DNA of 60,968 nucleotides, the filler included, from Squatina squatina (Eukaryota): NCBI GenBank assembly GCA_031763465.1. It is 4 parts of 4 records of this genome, joined end to end, with 100 filler letters (N's around TTAATTAATTAA, not from the genome) between each part and the next. Parts side by side here need not be neighbours in the genome. Positions count along the whole stretch, not along the records: positions 30,735 to 44,592 come from JARFOE010000007.1; positions 44,693 to 60,968 come from JARFOE010000004.1; 2 more parts are not named here. The stretch is one strand, 5' to 3'. Both the position numbers and the translations under genes were made by a program. Numbering within the stretch: the first letter of the stretch is position 1; each line of letters begins with the position of its first letter. The notes under the pieces are model-generated. The model was not told the origin of the DNA. It worked only from the letters and a program-made list of their open reading frames with translations, and did not search any database. Shown here one piece after another: positions 39,721 to 54,500 of this stretch.

Positions 39721-42700
39721 GTAATTTCTGTCAATCGTGACATTTTCTAAAAACTGAAACATACCTAAATGACCTCCCTGTAATGCAATATGTGGTTGGT
39801 GGCACCAAGTTAGTGAAATAAAAATATCTTGTTGCACTCTTTAGACACATTGTCCATAGCAATTATTCAGTGACCTTAATAAAGATTTAATATTAAAGTC
39901 CAAATTGGATGATCGGTTAATTAGATCTCTCTGTTCCCAATTATGGAGTGCCCTTTTGTACAAGAGGAATCATTTGTCTTTATTATTCCTGCATAATTTC
40001 AAATGGTTAGTCGTGACCAGTGAGAGCCACAGATTTCAAACCGCATTTCTTAAAAATAATACATTAATGATGGAAACAGACACTAATAGAAACCTGGACC
40101 GATCACAGAGCAGTAATTCAATAGAGAGTTNNNNNNNNNNNNNNNNNNNNNNNNNNNNNNNNNNNNNNNNNNNNNNNNNNNNNNNNNNNNNNNNNNNNNN
40201 NNNNNNNNNNNNNNNNNNNNNNNNNNNNNNCCGACATCGCCCGCCACGGACCCGCTGAGGTGAGGAAAATCGTAGCCAAAGCCTTTCAAACGCTCTCTTT
40301 GGAAGCCTACAAAGTATAGTGGGTGGTGTATAATTGACGTCTTATCTATTGGTCTTCTCTCATGGAAGTTATTTCACGATCCTGGAGCACTTGTTTTCCA
40401 TTTTCATTGATCTCTTCGCATTGCCTGTCCCATTTTTAAAGAGTAAAACCTAAACTATATTTAAACGGGAGCAGATGGACAGTTACTGTTGCAGCACATT
40501 TATACCATTAACTAACAAATGAGCTGGAAATTGCTAGAAGCATTGCTAGGTTTTACATGCCAAGACAGTGTCCAGTGTAACTTTGCAATCGATAATAATG
40601 GCAAATAGGTATATAAAATGTTTCCCCGTTATTCTACTTATTTGGGGGCAACATTGAACACTCTTGATATAACCCTTCCTAAACTGTAATAAGGTGAATC
40701 TGCTGCCATCCTGAACTTGTAGGAGATCTTCAAATTAAATTGTCTGTAGTAAAGGTCCTTGAGGTCATTTTCCTGGTTACAGTATAACTTCAGCCAGCAT
40801 TTCCGTGCTACACGTGTACCTTATAATGCACTGTCCAGCTTTAAAAAATCATCATTAATGGTATCACTGAAACATAGCTATTGACACTGATGTGCTGCCA
40901 CCATAACTAAGTTCTTTGTAGTAATTGCTGAAAATCATGCCTGACATTGTGGATGTATTACAGTTCACATGTACATGGCTCTTTGTTCCCTTAAAAGAGG
41001 TGCAGCAGCTGTTCTAATTTGCCTGACCATGTGAAAACAGCTTTAGCAGAATCGGAGGCTGGCGCAAGTATAAAATCATCACAGAAAGTTGGCAGGGTTA
41101 GTCAACTGACGATTCCCGTTATAAGGATTTGCTGAAATCATTGGGCCATTCCTATCAGCTATTTCTTTCATGGTTTCATCAGACATTTATTAGTACAAAA
41201 AGTACGAACAGGAGCTTCGAGTTGGCCATGGCAAGGGCTTTTACAATGGGTTTTTTCTCAGCCACGTGAAATGTTTGGAGTTTATAATTTTTCCTGTACC
41301 CATGTTCATACCTCATAAATAAAAAGGTACTGTAGTTATGTCTTGATCAAATGCTAAGAGAATTATTTGCAGTTTCAGCACAAGCAGCATTGTTCTTGCA
41401 TGGATAAAGCCAATCAGTCTTTCAAGTTTACTGTGGCTGTAATTGGTGGCTGTATCTCCAAGTTCCAGATGGTCCGAGTGTCACCATATATGCTCACAGT
41501 GACAGTGTTCGCCAGAATGTTAATCTTCTGAATCTCTTACTCTTCAAATTATTGCACAGGCTATCAATTTCAAAATGCATAATACTTTGCAAGTAACCAC
41601 AGGAAAATAGTGACATTAATCCGCTATATAGAAATATTAATAATTTAATCGTTTTTTTTTAATAATAGCATTGTATCGCTGAAATGCAATATTAAACTTC
41701 AAAATTGGTATTCTTTAATAAAGTTTAAAAATATGAATCATCCATTTATTGATGCATTTCTTATTCAAAGAAATATAGAGATTATTTGGGGGTTGGAATT
41801 GACGGAAGACCAATGGAATTAGAAATTGGAGGCAAAAATGGCTAACTTGATTTTCCATTTTACACAAGGCATAATATTCTGTTAGTATTTCTTTGACATA
41901 AATACATAGTTTTCTATTTTTCTTACAAGCATTGTTCGATGGCAAAGGAGAAGACAAGAGATGAAACAGGGACATGGTGAAAGCTCCCAATATGAATTTG
42001 TGCAACTAACCTCAGCAGAAAAGTTAGGAAATGCAAGCTTTGTTTTTTAAAAAAGTGAACACAGACCCAGGATATGTGATCAACAAATAACATTTACAGA
42101 GATAAAGAGAAGTAATTTCTTGACATAGTAGACAGCATCCTATTATTGGAAGCTGAAGCAGAATTATCCTCGATGGGCAATGCAATGCTTCGGCTCTCAG
42201 AATTAAAAAAAACATTTCCTGGCATGAATAACATATACTGACAGCCAGGCGGAGGCAGACAAGGAGCATTTTGGCTTGGTGTGCTGCTGCTTCAAAAATA
42301 TTCATNNNNNNNNNNNNNNNNNNNNNNNNNNNNNNNNNNNNNNNNNNNNNNNNNNNNNNNNNNNNNNNNNNNNNNNNNNNNNNNNNNNNNNNNNNNNNNN
42401 NNNNNGACAGAAGGTGGATGTCGAACTGTTATAATACTGCACATTGAGCAGATCACATTAAAATGGGATACTTCAGAGTGAGTGAGAGAAAGAACGAATT
42501 TAAAGAAAGTAGAAGCATTATAATATGGAGTAAGGAATGGTGAAATAAAGACCTTAGTGGGTGCCAGAGTTCTATATCACTCGGCAATTATGAGATTGCC
42601 TTCGCTCACAAATGAGCTGGTTATTCCACCATTCCTGTATCCGACATTAGGCAAATTATGTGCCCTCATCTTTCTTGCATAATTTGTCCCAATTATTTCT

Positions 42701-42764
42701 GTGTAGTATTCTAGTTAACACTGCCAGGCACTTCCGAATGATTTATTGATACCAATTCTTGCAG

Positions 42765-42842
42765 CCTTGCATCCTGATGAACAACATCCAACAATTGAGA
42801 GTCCAGCTGGAGAAAATGTTTGAGTCAATGGGTGGAAAAGAG
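42765..42842 (+). CDS. UNC13C: UNC13C exon, MUN domain
   Basis: cttgcag| ... |gtcagt. Translates [26 protein letters not shown]. Confidence 0.93.
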
Positions 42843-44211
42843 GTCAGTACCTGCTGAACATCTATAAGCAAATTCATTTTAATATGTAGAAATGGCTAAT
42901 AGCTTTCCAGTGTTTAATGTTGTGTATTAGATTATTTACTTTTTGTAGCCATTAATTTTAACTTTTACAGTAGTGGCATATGCTTATGATCAGTACCATG
43001 CTACATTTGTTACATGCAATATATTGCTTCAGTGCTATTTACAAATTATAGTAAGCATCTGATGTCCTTATGATTAGCTNNNNNNNNNNNNNNNNNNNNN
43101 NNNNNNNNNNNNNNNNNNNNNNNNNNNNNNNNNNNNNNNNNNNNNNNNNNNNNNNNNNNNNNNNNNNNNNNNNNNNNNNATTGTTTAGCCAGCAGTTAGG
43201 AATATTGTACCAACCAGCCTGTCAGTACCCAAAAGTGCTGCTCAGTTAAATAAATTAAATGGGGCACGAAACATCAAGGTAGAAAAATTAAGTGGGCAGG
43301 TATAATGTATGCCATGAAAGAGATTTCCATTGAAAAAGGACCCAAATGTACTCATATGTGAGATGGGTGATTGGCCAAGAAAAGATGCACAATTTCTTTT
43401 GAGAATTTTTTAATAAGGATTTATCTCGTATCAAAAAAAAAGAAACACCGGTGACCTTTGCTTCTTCTCCTCGGCTTATTGTCATGTATTATGGCGTGTT
43501 GATGTGGTTGGGTAAGCCATTGTGTGGGATTAACTGTATTACAAGAAAGGGTTTAAATCTGAGAGGTCTGTTGCACTGCTGACAGCAGTCTAAAGCTTCT
43601 TGATTTACACTGCATAGAATCATCAACAAATCAGTTCTGAACTAGCATGCTGCTGTTGCTTGACAGGTAAATGGGGTCAGACTTGAACTTGCAAAATCAC
43701 TAAGGTTTTGCACCTCTCTAAGTAAATTCAAACAGGTGAATTGAATCACTTGGCGTATAACGGTGCCCCTACATACATTTCAACACTTGCCATAGCATTA
43801 CTCAAATTGAATAAATCCAAATAAATAATACTGTGCTGACTGTGCCTTTAAGCTTCTGGTGATTCAAGCCATCTATATTTGTTTTCTCGCACACAACATT
43901 ACAGCATGTAGTTGGGATTAATCTGCTCCGTCCTAATGCAGCTGAAAAATGCATTTACTAGAATTTGATTTGAACTATTTTCCACCCGAATTTAGACACA
44001 GGTAAAACATTCAGATTCGTCTGAATTGATTTGAAAACCAATACTATTCTGAGGAATGCAAATAAGATTGATTCTCATCCTCAGGTACTCTTAGCATTAA
44101 AACATTATCAAAGGATTGGCTTAAAGCTTTAGACCAAAAGTCATTTGGAAAGCAATGAGATAACCCATAATGTGACTGATATTTCATGGATAATTATTGC
44201 TTTCTTTTTAG

Positions 44212-44300
44212 CTTGATGCTGAGGCAAGCAGTGCCCTGAAAGAACTACAAGTCAAGCTGAATGGTGTCTTGGATGAACTGAGCTATACCTTTGGCACAAG
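44212..44300 (+). CDS. UNC13C: UNC13C exon, MUN domain
   Basis: tttttag| ... |gtaaag. Translates [29 protein letters not shown], which directly continues the previous exon. Confidence 0.92.
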
Positions 44301-44592
44301 GTAAAGGAATTTGGTAGAAATAATTAATGCAGCTGAACGAGGAGTGAATGGCATAACTATTTTGCCTGTTCTTCTTTGATGGTATTGTGTAAGGGTATAT
44401 CATTTTATAATTTATTTCAGATCGTCTTCTATTACATGAAGGGTCTTCTGGAAGTGTATCTTGGGGTGTATCAGTAATTTAAGATGCTCAAATGAATGGT
44501 CAGAATGTTGCAAATAAAAAACATGTCATTTCCCATCACTCTAGTTTACTTGCCTCCATTTAGTCAAATGTCAGTCAAACGGCCAGTTATAT

Positions 44593-44692
44593 NNNNNNNN
44601 NNNNNNNNNNNNNNNNNNNNNNNNNNNNNNNNNNNNTTAATTAATTAANNNNNNNNNNNNNNNNNNNNNNNNNNNNNNNNNNNNNNNNNNNN
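44593..44692. other. Artificial scaffold linker
   Basis: TTAATTAATTAA at 44637-44648, flanked by 44 N on each side. Confidence 0.95.
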
Positions 44693-45659
44693 CGACAATT
44701 CTATGTAGCAGTGAATCTGATTCAATGTAGCAAGGTTATTCACTTTTCCTTTCAAGTACAATTAAATTGGCTGCCTGTAGTAAAATTTGTTGAATTCTTT
44801 TGACATTCCATGTTGCTTTTTAAATCGCCAACGCAACATTTGAGGAAGATAACGATGCATTCATCACTGTCAATGTATGGTAACGTTTTCCTGGGTTTGC
44901 ACATAACTTGGTCTGTTGAAGCTTTGCTGTCAGGTTTTATATGGTTTTGGCTCCTATTGAAAATAATATGTAATGGAAAAGAAAAGGATTGTTGCCATGT
45001 GTGGCGAAATACGAGAGCCTTATGCACTGTTCCCAAAGTTCTTCCACCCATCCAAAAAAATCACATGGGAGGGGTCAATTTCCACAGCGGTTCTCCTAAT
45101 TGTCTGCCATAAAGTTGGCAGAGGAGCCACAGAAACTCTGGAAACAGCATAAACATGATTTACTCCATTTTTTTTCAAGGTTTCTGTAGTTCATCGGCCG
45201 AAGTTACAGCAGACTATTGGAAGAATCCACATGGCTCTTTATAATGTGTGCTCTCCTTTCCAGTCTGTTAAATATCTGCACATGGTTAGAAGGAGGAAGT
45301 TGCCTTTGATTCAATTTCTAGCTTCTTCTAATGGCTGTAAAAAGGTGCAACTTCTGTTAAAAAAAACCTCCTGTTTTTAGTTCATTAAGTTTCTTTTGCT
45401 GGTTACAGTTAACTAGCTTTGTACAATGGATGAAATTTAGTTCATTGTGTGCAATGATTGGCAGTTCAGCAGAAAGCTCCTGGAGTTTTCCGGAGATCTA
45501 TTGTCATCTGTAGAAGCTTAGGTTGGTGCTGTAATAGGGAACTAATTATAGGTTGCAAGAAACAGTATAGCTTACTATTATCTTTCATGGGCCTGTAGTT
45601 TCGGAAGAATTAAGCAGGTGACAATTGTTCCAGAAAAGACTTCACTACAAATATGTGAC

Positions 45660-47389
45660 CTGGCAGTTAGTGTGGTCAGATCTGTTAGTGTGGGCAGGTA
45701 TGTTCGTGTGGGCAGTTATGTTAGTGTGGGCAGATCTGTTAGTGTGGGCAAGTGTGTTGGTGTGGGCATATCTGTTAGTCTGGGCAGATATTTTAGTGTG
45801 GGCAGGTATGTTAGTGTGGGCAGATCTGCTAATGTGGGCAGTGGTGTTACTGAGGGCAAATTTGTTATTGTGGGCAGGTGTGTTTGACTGGGCAGGTGCG
45901 TTATTGTGGGCAGGTGTGTTACTGAGGGCAAATCTGTTAGCATAGGCAGGTGTGTTAGTGTGGGCAGATCTGTTACTGTGGGCAGGTCTGTTAGTGTGGG
46001 CAGGACTGTTACTGTGGGCAGGTCTGTTAGTGTGGGCAGGACTGTTAGTGTGGGCAGATCTGTTACTGTGGACAGGGCTGTTACTGTGGGCAGGTCTGTT
46101 AATGTGGGCAGGTGTATTAGTGTGGGCAGACATGTCAGTGCGGGCAGATCTGTTAATGTGGGCAGGTCTGATACTGTGGGCAGATCTGTTAATGTGGACA
46201 GATCTGTTAATGTGGGCAGGTGTGTTAGTGTGGGCAGATCTGTTAGTGTGGGCAGCTGTGTTGTTGAGGACAAATCTGTTAGTGTTGGCAGGTGTGTTAG
46301 TGTGCGCAGATCTGTGAGTGTGGACAGATCTGTGAGTTGTGGGCAAGTGTGTTAATGTAGGCATGTGTGTTAGTGTGGGCAAATCTGTTAATGTGGGCAG
46401 GTGTGTTGCTGTGGGCAGGTGTGTTGGTGTGGGCAGATTGGTTAGTGCGACCAGGTGTGTTAGTGTGGGCTGGTGTGTTAGTATGGGCAGATCTGTTAGT
46501 GTGGGCAAGTGTGTTAGTGTGGGCACATCTGTTAGTGTGGGCAGGTGTGTTAGTGTGGGCAGATGTGTTAGTGTGGACAGGACTGTTAGTGTGGGCAGGT
46601 GTGTTAGTGTGGTCAGATCTGTTAGTGTGGGCAGAAGTGTTATTGTGGGCAAATCTGTTAGTGTGGACTGGTGTGTTAGTGTAGGCAGGTATGTTAGTGT
46701 GGGCAGGCGTGTTAGTGTAGGCAGGCGTATTAGTGTAGGCAGGCGTGTTAGTGTGGTCAGATCTATTAGTGTGGGCAGGTGTGTGAGTGTAGGCAGGTGT
46801 ATTAGTGTGGGCAGGCGTGTTAGTATGGTCAGATCTGTTAGTGTGGGCAGCTGTGTTAGTGTGGGCAGATCTGTTAGTGTGGACAAGTGTGTTAGTGTAG
46901 GCAGGTATGTTAGTGCGGGCAGGTGTGTTACTGAGGGGAAATCTGTTAGTGTGGGCAGGTGTGTTACTGAGGGGAAATCTGTTAGTGTGGACAGGTGTGT
47001 TAGTGTGGGCAGATCTGTTGATGTGGGTAGATCTGTTAGTGTGGGCAGGTGTGTTAGTGTGGGCAGATCTGTTAATATGGGCAGTCTGTTACTGTGGGCA
47101 CGTCTGTTAATGTGGGCAGGTGTGTTAGTGTGGGCAGGTGTGTTAGTGTGGGCAGACGTGCAGTGCAGGCAGGTCTGTTAATCTGGGCAGATCTGTTACT
47201 GTGGGCAGGTGTGTTACTGTGGGCACGTCTGTTAATGTGGGCAGGTGTGTTACTGTGGGCAGGTGTGTTGGTGTGGTCAGATCTGTTAGTGTGGGCAGCT
47301 GTGTTACTGAGGGCAAATCTGTTAGTGTGGGCAGATCTATTAGTGTAGGCAGGTGTGTTAGTGTGGGCAGGACTGTCAGTGAAGGCAGG
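45660..47389. repeat. 18-bp minisatellite (~1.7 kb, truncated by a gap)
   Basis: Unit gtgggcag(g/a)t(g/c)tgttagt with variants such as actgagggcaaatctgtt. Confidence 0.97.
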
Positions 47390-48592
47390 NNNNNNNNNNN
47401 NNNNNNNNNNNNNNNNNNNNNNNNNNNNNNNNNNNNNNNNNNNNNNNNNNNNNNNNNNNNNNNNNNNNNNNNNNNNNNNNNNNNNNNNNATGAAAAATGA
47501 AAAAAAAACAAATGATTGTGATGTTAGTGCCAGGGTTTTTTCCACTGGAAATAAACACAACCTAATCAACCAATGTGTAACACAGATTAACGAGCTTGGG
47601 TCATGGCTTCCAATCAACATAACTCCAGAGAGAGCATTCTTGACTTGCAACTTTAAAGAAACCCACAGACAGGGGATTAACCAAGGAAGAATAATTATCC
47701 CTACAAGCATAAGGTGTTTTTTACTTACTGCATTAAAATTATTTATTTAACTGGTGAAAAGAAACGTAGGTGTATTCCAGCACTGAGAGGCATAATTGTG
47801 AACCTCTGCAGGGAACCTCAAATCACTGGAGCACGGAAAAGAGCCCTCTGATGAACACTGTAATTGGCATTGATGCCATGGGCACTCATTTACAGGAGGT
47901 TTTGCTGCTGGATTTTATCCACTGCATGATTATTTGGAAATAGCTGTGACAGCAGGCTTTACCCATACTGGAAACACATTACAAGTTGCTCTCTTGCAGA
48001 TTATGGGGCTTCCATCTGGGAGGCCCAACACTGACTGTGTGTCGCTGCATCCAAATGTTTCAGGCATGACTATCCTAGTGAGGCCACAACAAACTGCCAT
48101 CACAGCCATTCCTCCCTTTTGGGGAGTAGTTCACCACAGTATAAGGTTGAAGAGTAGGTCAAGGGCACCATATACAATGAATAAAGAGAAGTATTGGTGT
48201 AGGCATTAGGGGGACTTAGCACAATGTAAATAGCACAAAATCATTTTATATATACTTTTTCTGGCCATTGTTTGTTGGTTTCAGTTATGGCAATATTATA
48301 AATGCTGGTACAAGGCAGAAAGAGGGCATCACAGGATGAGTGATGGGAGTTTGTCATATTGATGGAGGCTACGAATTGTTTGCTTTTATAGTGCAAACAC
48401 AGCTGGATAGTAGCAGGAGGATCCCATTACTTGGTCATGCTGAGTCCCTATGTCTTTTCTCACTTCCACCAGAACTGTGGCGGACACATACCCATCCACA
48501 AAAGGGCAGGCATATGGTAACACCATGCAAACGTTGAAAATGCATGATATGGCACTGGCATGCTTAAAAGGAGGTGCAGACAGGTTGAGGTC

Positions 48593-48830
48593 ATAGAAAC
48601 TTAAAAAAATAGGTGCAGGAGAAGGCCATTCANNNNNNNNNNNNNNNNNNNNNNNNNNNNNNNNNNNNNNNNNNNNNNNNNNNNNNNNNNNNNNNNNNNN
48701 NNNNNNNNNNNNNNNNNNNNNNNNNNNNNNNNTTCACCAATCTCTGGGTGAAGAAATATTTCCTAACTCAGTCCTAAACAGCCTACCCTTTATCTTCCAA
48801 CACCATGTCCACCTGTTCTATCTCCCTGGT
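48593..48830 (-). mobile_element. CR1 3' end spanning a gap
   Basis: catagaaac...ataggtgcaggagaaggccattc, then ctctgggtgaagaaatatttcct...cagtcctaaa. Confidence 0.65.
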
Positions 48831-51055
48831 AGATACTGAAGGAAAATAATTATTTAATATTTCTGCCGTCTCTCTATTGTTACCTGTGGTATTATCCTGT
48901 CTGTCCCGTAGTGGCCCAATTCCCAACCCAACCTTCCTTTTTTATTGATGTGCCTGTAAAATATTTTACTATTTTTTTTAACGTTACTTGATAATTTAAT
49001 TTCATAGTTCCTCTTTGCCTTGCTTCTTTCACACCACCAAGACTCTAATCGCGTCCAAATAAGATTACAAAGCAGAAAGGGTTAAAGAATGTTCATGTCA
49101 TTTTCTAGCCTGTCACCTTGTCAGTTTGATGTCATGCTAGAAAAACATGCCTTTATTTCCACTGATCTTTTTCTTCACGAATGGTATAAAGGAAATTACG
49201 GATGATGAGGAGCAAGTAATAAGCTTTCAATTTAATCAAGAGCTTCAGATGATATCAAAAGCCATAAAAGCAAAGTCTGAGTGATTTATGGGCATCCTCT
49301 GAAGTTCTCAATTAATTTATATCTATACACTTATTTTCTACATCTATAAAAACATTACAATGAATACATGGTAGCAGTAAAATTAAAAGAATGCTAATGA
49401 CAGTTAACGGCAAAACTATAATGACATTGACTGAAGATTGAAAGGTTATTGTGATGTTATCGTTGAAAAATATTGGTGTCACATCAAGTACAATGAGGGA
49501 ATTATTTGCAGTTCTAAAGCAGAATTATATTTGAATTAAAAGTGCATTTATTACAAATCAAAAAGTGTGTCCTAAATACTTGCTAGTTTTGCACATACTT
49601 TCACACATCTCTTAAATTTGGGTATAGCATTGAAAATCTTTCACAAATGCTAAATGTACCGTGACTGAAATGCTCAAAACCTAGTAATGTAAATTACAAT
49701 TCCTTCTGCTTTACTTGAAAGGACATTTTAGATTGTGTATAATTTTTTATGCAGCACTTCAGCTCACCTATCCCAGTACTTTAAAGCTACTGGATCTTGG
49801 TGTTAGATATTTTTAGGTGGCGATGTGGTGGTATCATAATTATATTATCTGATTTAACTTATTATAATACCATCTGTATTCCTGTGACATTTTTTATAGG
49901 TAATCTGAAATCTGGAGCATTGTTTTAATGTTTAGCTGCTAATCTGGTCGATGCCTTTNNNNNNNNNNNNNNNNNNNNNNNNNNNNNNNNNNNNNNNNNN
50001 NNNNNNNNNNNNNNNNNNNNNNNNNNNNNNNNNNNNNNNNNNNNNNNNNNNNNNNNNNATTAATTTAGATTGTTTTCCATAGAACAGGAAACCTCTTGGT
50101 GTAGAAAACCAATTTATTTTGCTGTAGGATTCCAGCGGTCATGACACTTGGGCCCTGGAGCTCAGCAGTGATATAATATTCATTGCATCAATCAGCCATG
50201 TCATTTTCTAGCCACTAAACAACATCTGTAACTCAAAACATTCAGAATACTTTGATGTTCTTTTGTATTGCTTTCCAAAAGACTTCAAAAAGAATCTCGC
50301 ATTAACATGGTGGAAAATTATTATCTTTCTATTTTTAGAAACATTGATTAAAAGGGTAAAAAATAACAGATGGGCACAAAAGATTTGTGAGAGTAACATC
50401 ATCTATTTTATCAGTTACAGCTGTAATTCCTGACTTTACAGCTGATAAATAATGGCAAAATGGCAGAAGTATGAGGAAAAGGAAGTTTAAAAATAAGGCT
50501 GTTTTTCTTGATTAACCATATGGAATTCTGATACCAGCCATGAGGAATTGATTACAATTAACTGCAATTATTACACAATTTAACAAATATAACCTAAACA
50601 TTCTATTGTGATATAATTGTGATTTCATAAATATATCATGAGAAGATGAAGTGGAACAACTCTAATTTTTTTTAAGAGAAAAATTATTTTCTGGCCAAAA
50701 GTAATTGCGACAAGCATATAATTATCGCTGGAACTAAACTAAAGAAAGTGGAAAGCAGAAGGTGAATTTTGGTGATAGGCCAAAGGTTATAAATTAAAAT
50801 TACCTTTAAGTTATTATTACTGAAAAAAGCCTTGAATCCTTACCCAGCATAAATCTCATGGCTAGAAGATGGCGAATGTCCTGAATGGAAATCCTGCAGG
50901 ACCCTATTGGAAAAAATATATAATTTGCTGCAGATTTGTCAGTTAGCATATCATCAAAGAATCTAAAAGGGCCCTTTAAAAAAATTGCAAGTTCTATTAG
51001 ATTTTCAGAACAACACAGAATAAAATTCAATTTCAGCCTCCAAGTAAGACTCACT

Positions 51056-51597
51056 GGGGGACAAATTCAGCTGAGTTTTTGCCCTGTTAGCGCCTCCGGG
51101 GGGGTGCTAATGGAGCGAAAAACCACAAAATGGCACCAGAATGCAGCCATCTCACCTCCTGGGGAATTCACCTGGGGTGCAAAGGCCTTTACGCCTTATC
51201 TCGGAAAATTTCACAGCAAGTTGACGCGTAACGTCATAAAAACATGCGCCGACCCGCACCGCATAGCCACGGCCTCCTTTGTGCCCCGTTTGTATCCCAC
51301 GAGCGGAATTCACCCGTGGGATGTGGCCGCAGCGCCAGTCGGTTGCAGCAACAGTGAAACCCGTCGCTGCAATGGGCCTCTTAAAGTGGAGGACTTGCGC
51401 GCCAATGGCTGCCATCTTTATTTGTCAGCTGACTCTGCTGTTGGCCGACTGATGGCGACCCACGGCTGATTAGGCCACTATTCCCTTGGCGTGCCAGGCT
51501 GGTGGCCCGGTCACCGGCTTCCCCAGTGGCCTAGTGGCGGGCCACGGGGCACCATCAAGATGGCTGGCGGCCCTCCTCTTTAAGGGAGTCCTGGCCG
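51056..51597. mobile_element. GC-rich non-autonomous DNA transposon (MITE-like) fragment
   Basis: Abrupt GC/CpG increase beginning GGGGGACAAATTCAG, similar to the other G-run-AAATT termini in the window. Confidence 0.5.
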
Positions 51598-54500
51598 NNN
51601 NNNNNNNNNNNNNNNNNNNNNNNNNNNNNNNNNNNNNNNNNNNNNNNNNNNNNNNNNNNNNNNNNNNNNNNNNNNNNNNNNNNNNNNNNNNNNNNNNTTG
51701 CCAGGATACCAAATGTTTGTGAACTGATGTCAGTCAGAACACATGAATTGTTGAAGTAGGCATTTCTGGTTAGATGAAACCAAACAGTATTTCCTGAATG
51801 ATGTGTTCTTTTAAGTCAAACTGAACCAAATCGTAATTACCATGGTCTCTCCTAAATAAATGGAAACCTGAATGGTTTAGCATTGTTTTGATAATTGTTG
51901 TAATGACAATAATGGTAGGTTAGCGAACTAGTACTTTTCGGATTATAAAAATAAGGTTTTAACACAGGAATTATAACAACCCAACAATTTCACTTTTTAA
52001 AGCATTTGGCTCTGTGTAATGAAAATAATTCACATGCAATCAAATCAAAGGAAATCTTTACAGTTTGAAGGTAAGGAAGTGCATTAGACACCATGGCAGT
52101 GATTGGAAACAGCAGGAAAGTCTAGTCTGGAAAATTTAAGTATAGAGGAAAGAGAAGGTGAAAGAACAAAAATAACTTGAGACAATACTTCAGGGCAACT
52201 TTGTATAAATAAATCTCTTCCAATTTACTTGGATTTGAAGGCACAAGTTTACACGGTATGGTGTTAAGAAGTAATCTGCACAATGTTGGTGAATATATAT
52301 GTAAAACATAACTTTGAAAAACAAATCTGATTACTGGTGGATACAAAGAAAGGCTTCTGAATAGTTGCAGTATAATGTAAAAACACCATAATACATCAAC
52401 GGTGCAATTCAGCTTCAGAGTTTTTCATTGTTACACAGCAGAGCCCTTGCTGTGAAAGCAAGAGGGTCCCAGGCAGGCAAGAGGATCAAAGATGTCTGGT
52501 TATCATGGAATTTAGCACACTTGGCACATGTTACTGCCTGGCTTCACCTCGGACCACAACCTATAACAAAGTTAAACAGATTCAATGTGATTTACTGACA
52601 ACTTTAATGACATTTTAATGAAATTCTAATAACTTCAGCCATTCATTTCAAAAGAGAATTCTGGTTCCACGGGTGATTTCAGAATGACCTTAAGTTGTAG
52701 CTGGACTGTTTTAAGTTATCTCACATTTTTATCTGCTAATAATCTGGTTTGCTTTTGAAAATTATGCTGAACTTTTTGATTTGTAGTTACATGATTAAAA
52801 AAGACAATCAGTTGTCAAATTCTATTGTTTTAAACAAAAGCACATTGTCAGTGCATAAAATATAAGTTAATGCTGCTTGGAATACAATTTGTTCAAACCT
52901 GTGAACAGTGAACAGGATGATGACTTATTCACACATTTTCAATTTACTTTATGTAATATACAAAGCTGTATCAAGTTGCTTCTTTGCTCCCACGCTACTT
53001 TTTTATAAAATGTCCTTTTGCATTCTTTTTCAGCTGAGCTCAGTGGAAGCCTCGGAATCAGAAAACTGTGGATTCGAACCTGCGAGGGAGCGTGAGCGGC
53101 TNNNNNNNNNNNNNNNNNNNNNNNNNNNNNNNNNNNNNNNNNNNNNNNNNNNNNNNNNNNNNNNNNNNNNNNNNNNNNNNNNNNNNNNNNNNNNNNNNNN
53201 NAAAAGTTGGCAAAAATACTATGGTGGCACCTTTAATTTCTCAACTGAATAGAAGTGATTTTGCCATGCTCTCTCCATCTGTGGCCAAATAGAACAGTGG
53301 ATCAAAGTCTGAGACAGTATGCATCTAAGGGACATGTGCAGAGACAAATTGCAGAATCCTTCAAGAATTCCATTATGTTGCAACAAATTTTCCACATGCA
53401 TACATTTATCAAACCGCTAACAAGCAAAGATATGCGACTGGTTTGTGCTAATGTTAGAATCAAAACAGCAATGACGTGTACCCTTGAGTTGGGTGTGGTT
53501 TATGCTAGTATTGATCTAGAATCCTGAATCATACAGTTTTTAAAGTGGTAAATGAAGGTCAGATTGCTAATGATTCATATTTCCTATGAAATGGAGCAAA
53601 AGTAATTAAAATGTAGAGAATTCAGGTTGTGGTAACTTCTGTTCCCTATTTCTGTGCCCAGTACCTATCTTTAAAAAAAAAAGGCAACAGTGAACATCAG
53701 CCAAACAAAATTAAATTTGGTTTATATTTATTCTTTTAAAATCCATTTTAAAGTTTTCACTGTTTGAAGGAATTGGATGGTGGACTGAAAATTATTCATT
53801 TGGTTTTCTAAAGCAGCACAAAAATAAATTCCATGTGGGACAGCCAAGACAGTTCAAGATTTGCATGGAGGTCTCTACATCAAAAGTAGCGGGTGCACTC
53901 TCTCTAATATTAATGAAAGTCTCATCTCAAGTATCCTGTTGGCTCTCTGCCATGCTGAATCAAAGGAGGGGAAGAACGGATTTACATGAAGATTTTTGCA
54001 GCAGTCNNNNNNNNNNNNNNNNNATTTGTAGTCTCAATCTTCCAATGATTTCATATAGTACAGCAACTGTTCAGAAATATCATGTATTACATATATTTAT
54101 AAGACCTGCAGGCACATTTGTTCACTGCAGAGGCATATTGATTTGTCGGGTGATAAATGACAGAAGGTCAGTGGCCAAACAGTTCAATGGAAGACTAATA
54201 TTGGTAGTAAATGCAATTATGCTGCTGCAAACATTTTGTTTTTTAATAATTGAGAAGAACACTTTTAACATATGTCAGTTTTCTTGAGGGCCATACGTCA
54301 GTGAATCTGTTGGGATCAAAGATCTAGTACTGGAATGAGCATATTTGCATCATTTACGAAGTGCTTTGGGGCTGGGAACTGCTCTAAATATGTAATGCAT
54401 CTGATGAGTAAACAGGGATTAGAGAACTCTGCCTCTGCATCAAGTCTGTTTCATATTCAGTGGTCGCGATGATCAGAGATCCAGATTCAAGATCTGAAAT

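Noticed and set aside
45618-47750. Long ORFs (413 aa, 280 aa and others)
   Set aside because: They are translations of the 18-bp minisatellite, open on both strands.
53032-53101. tRNA gene (A/B-box-like tgagctcagtgg ... ggattcgaacc)
   Set aside because: No cloverleaf is evident. It is more likely a degenerate SINE head cut by a gap.
53290-53330. DQSLRQYAS resembling UNC13 LQSLRYALS
   Set aside because: There is no flanking similarity and there are no splice sites, so this is likely chance.
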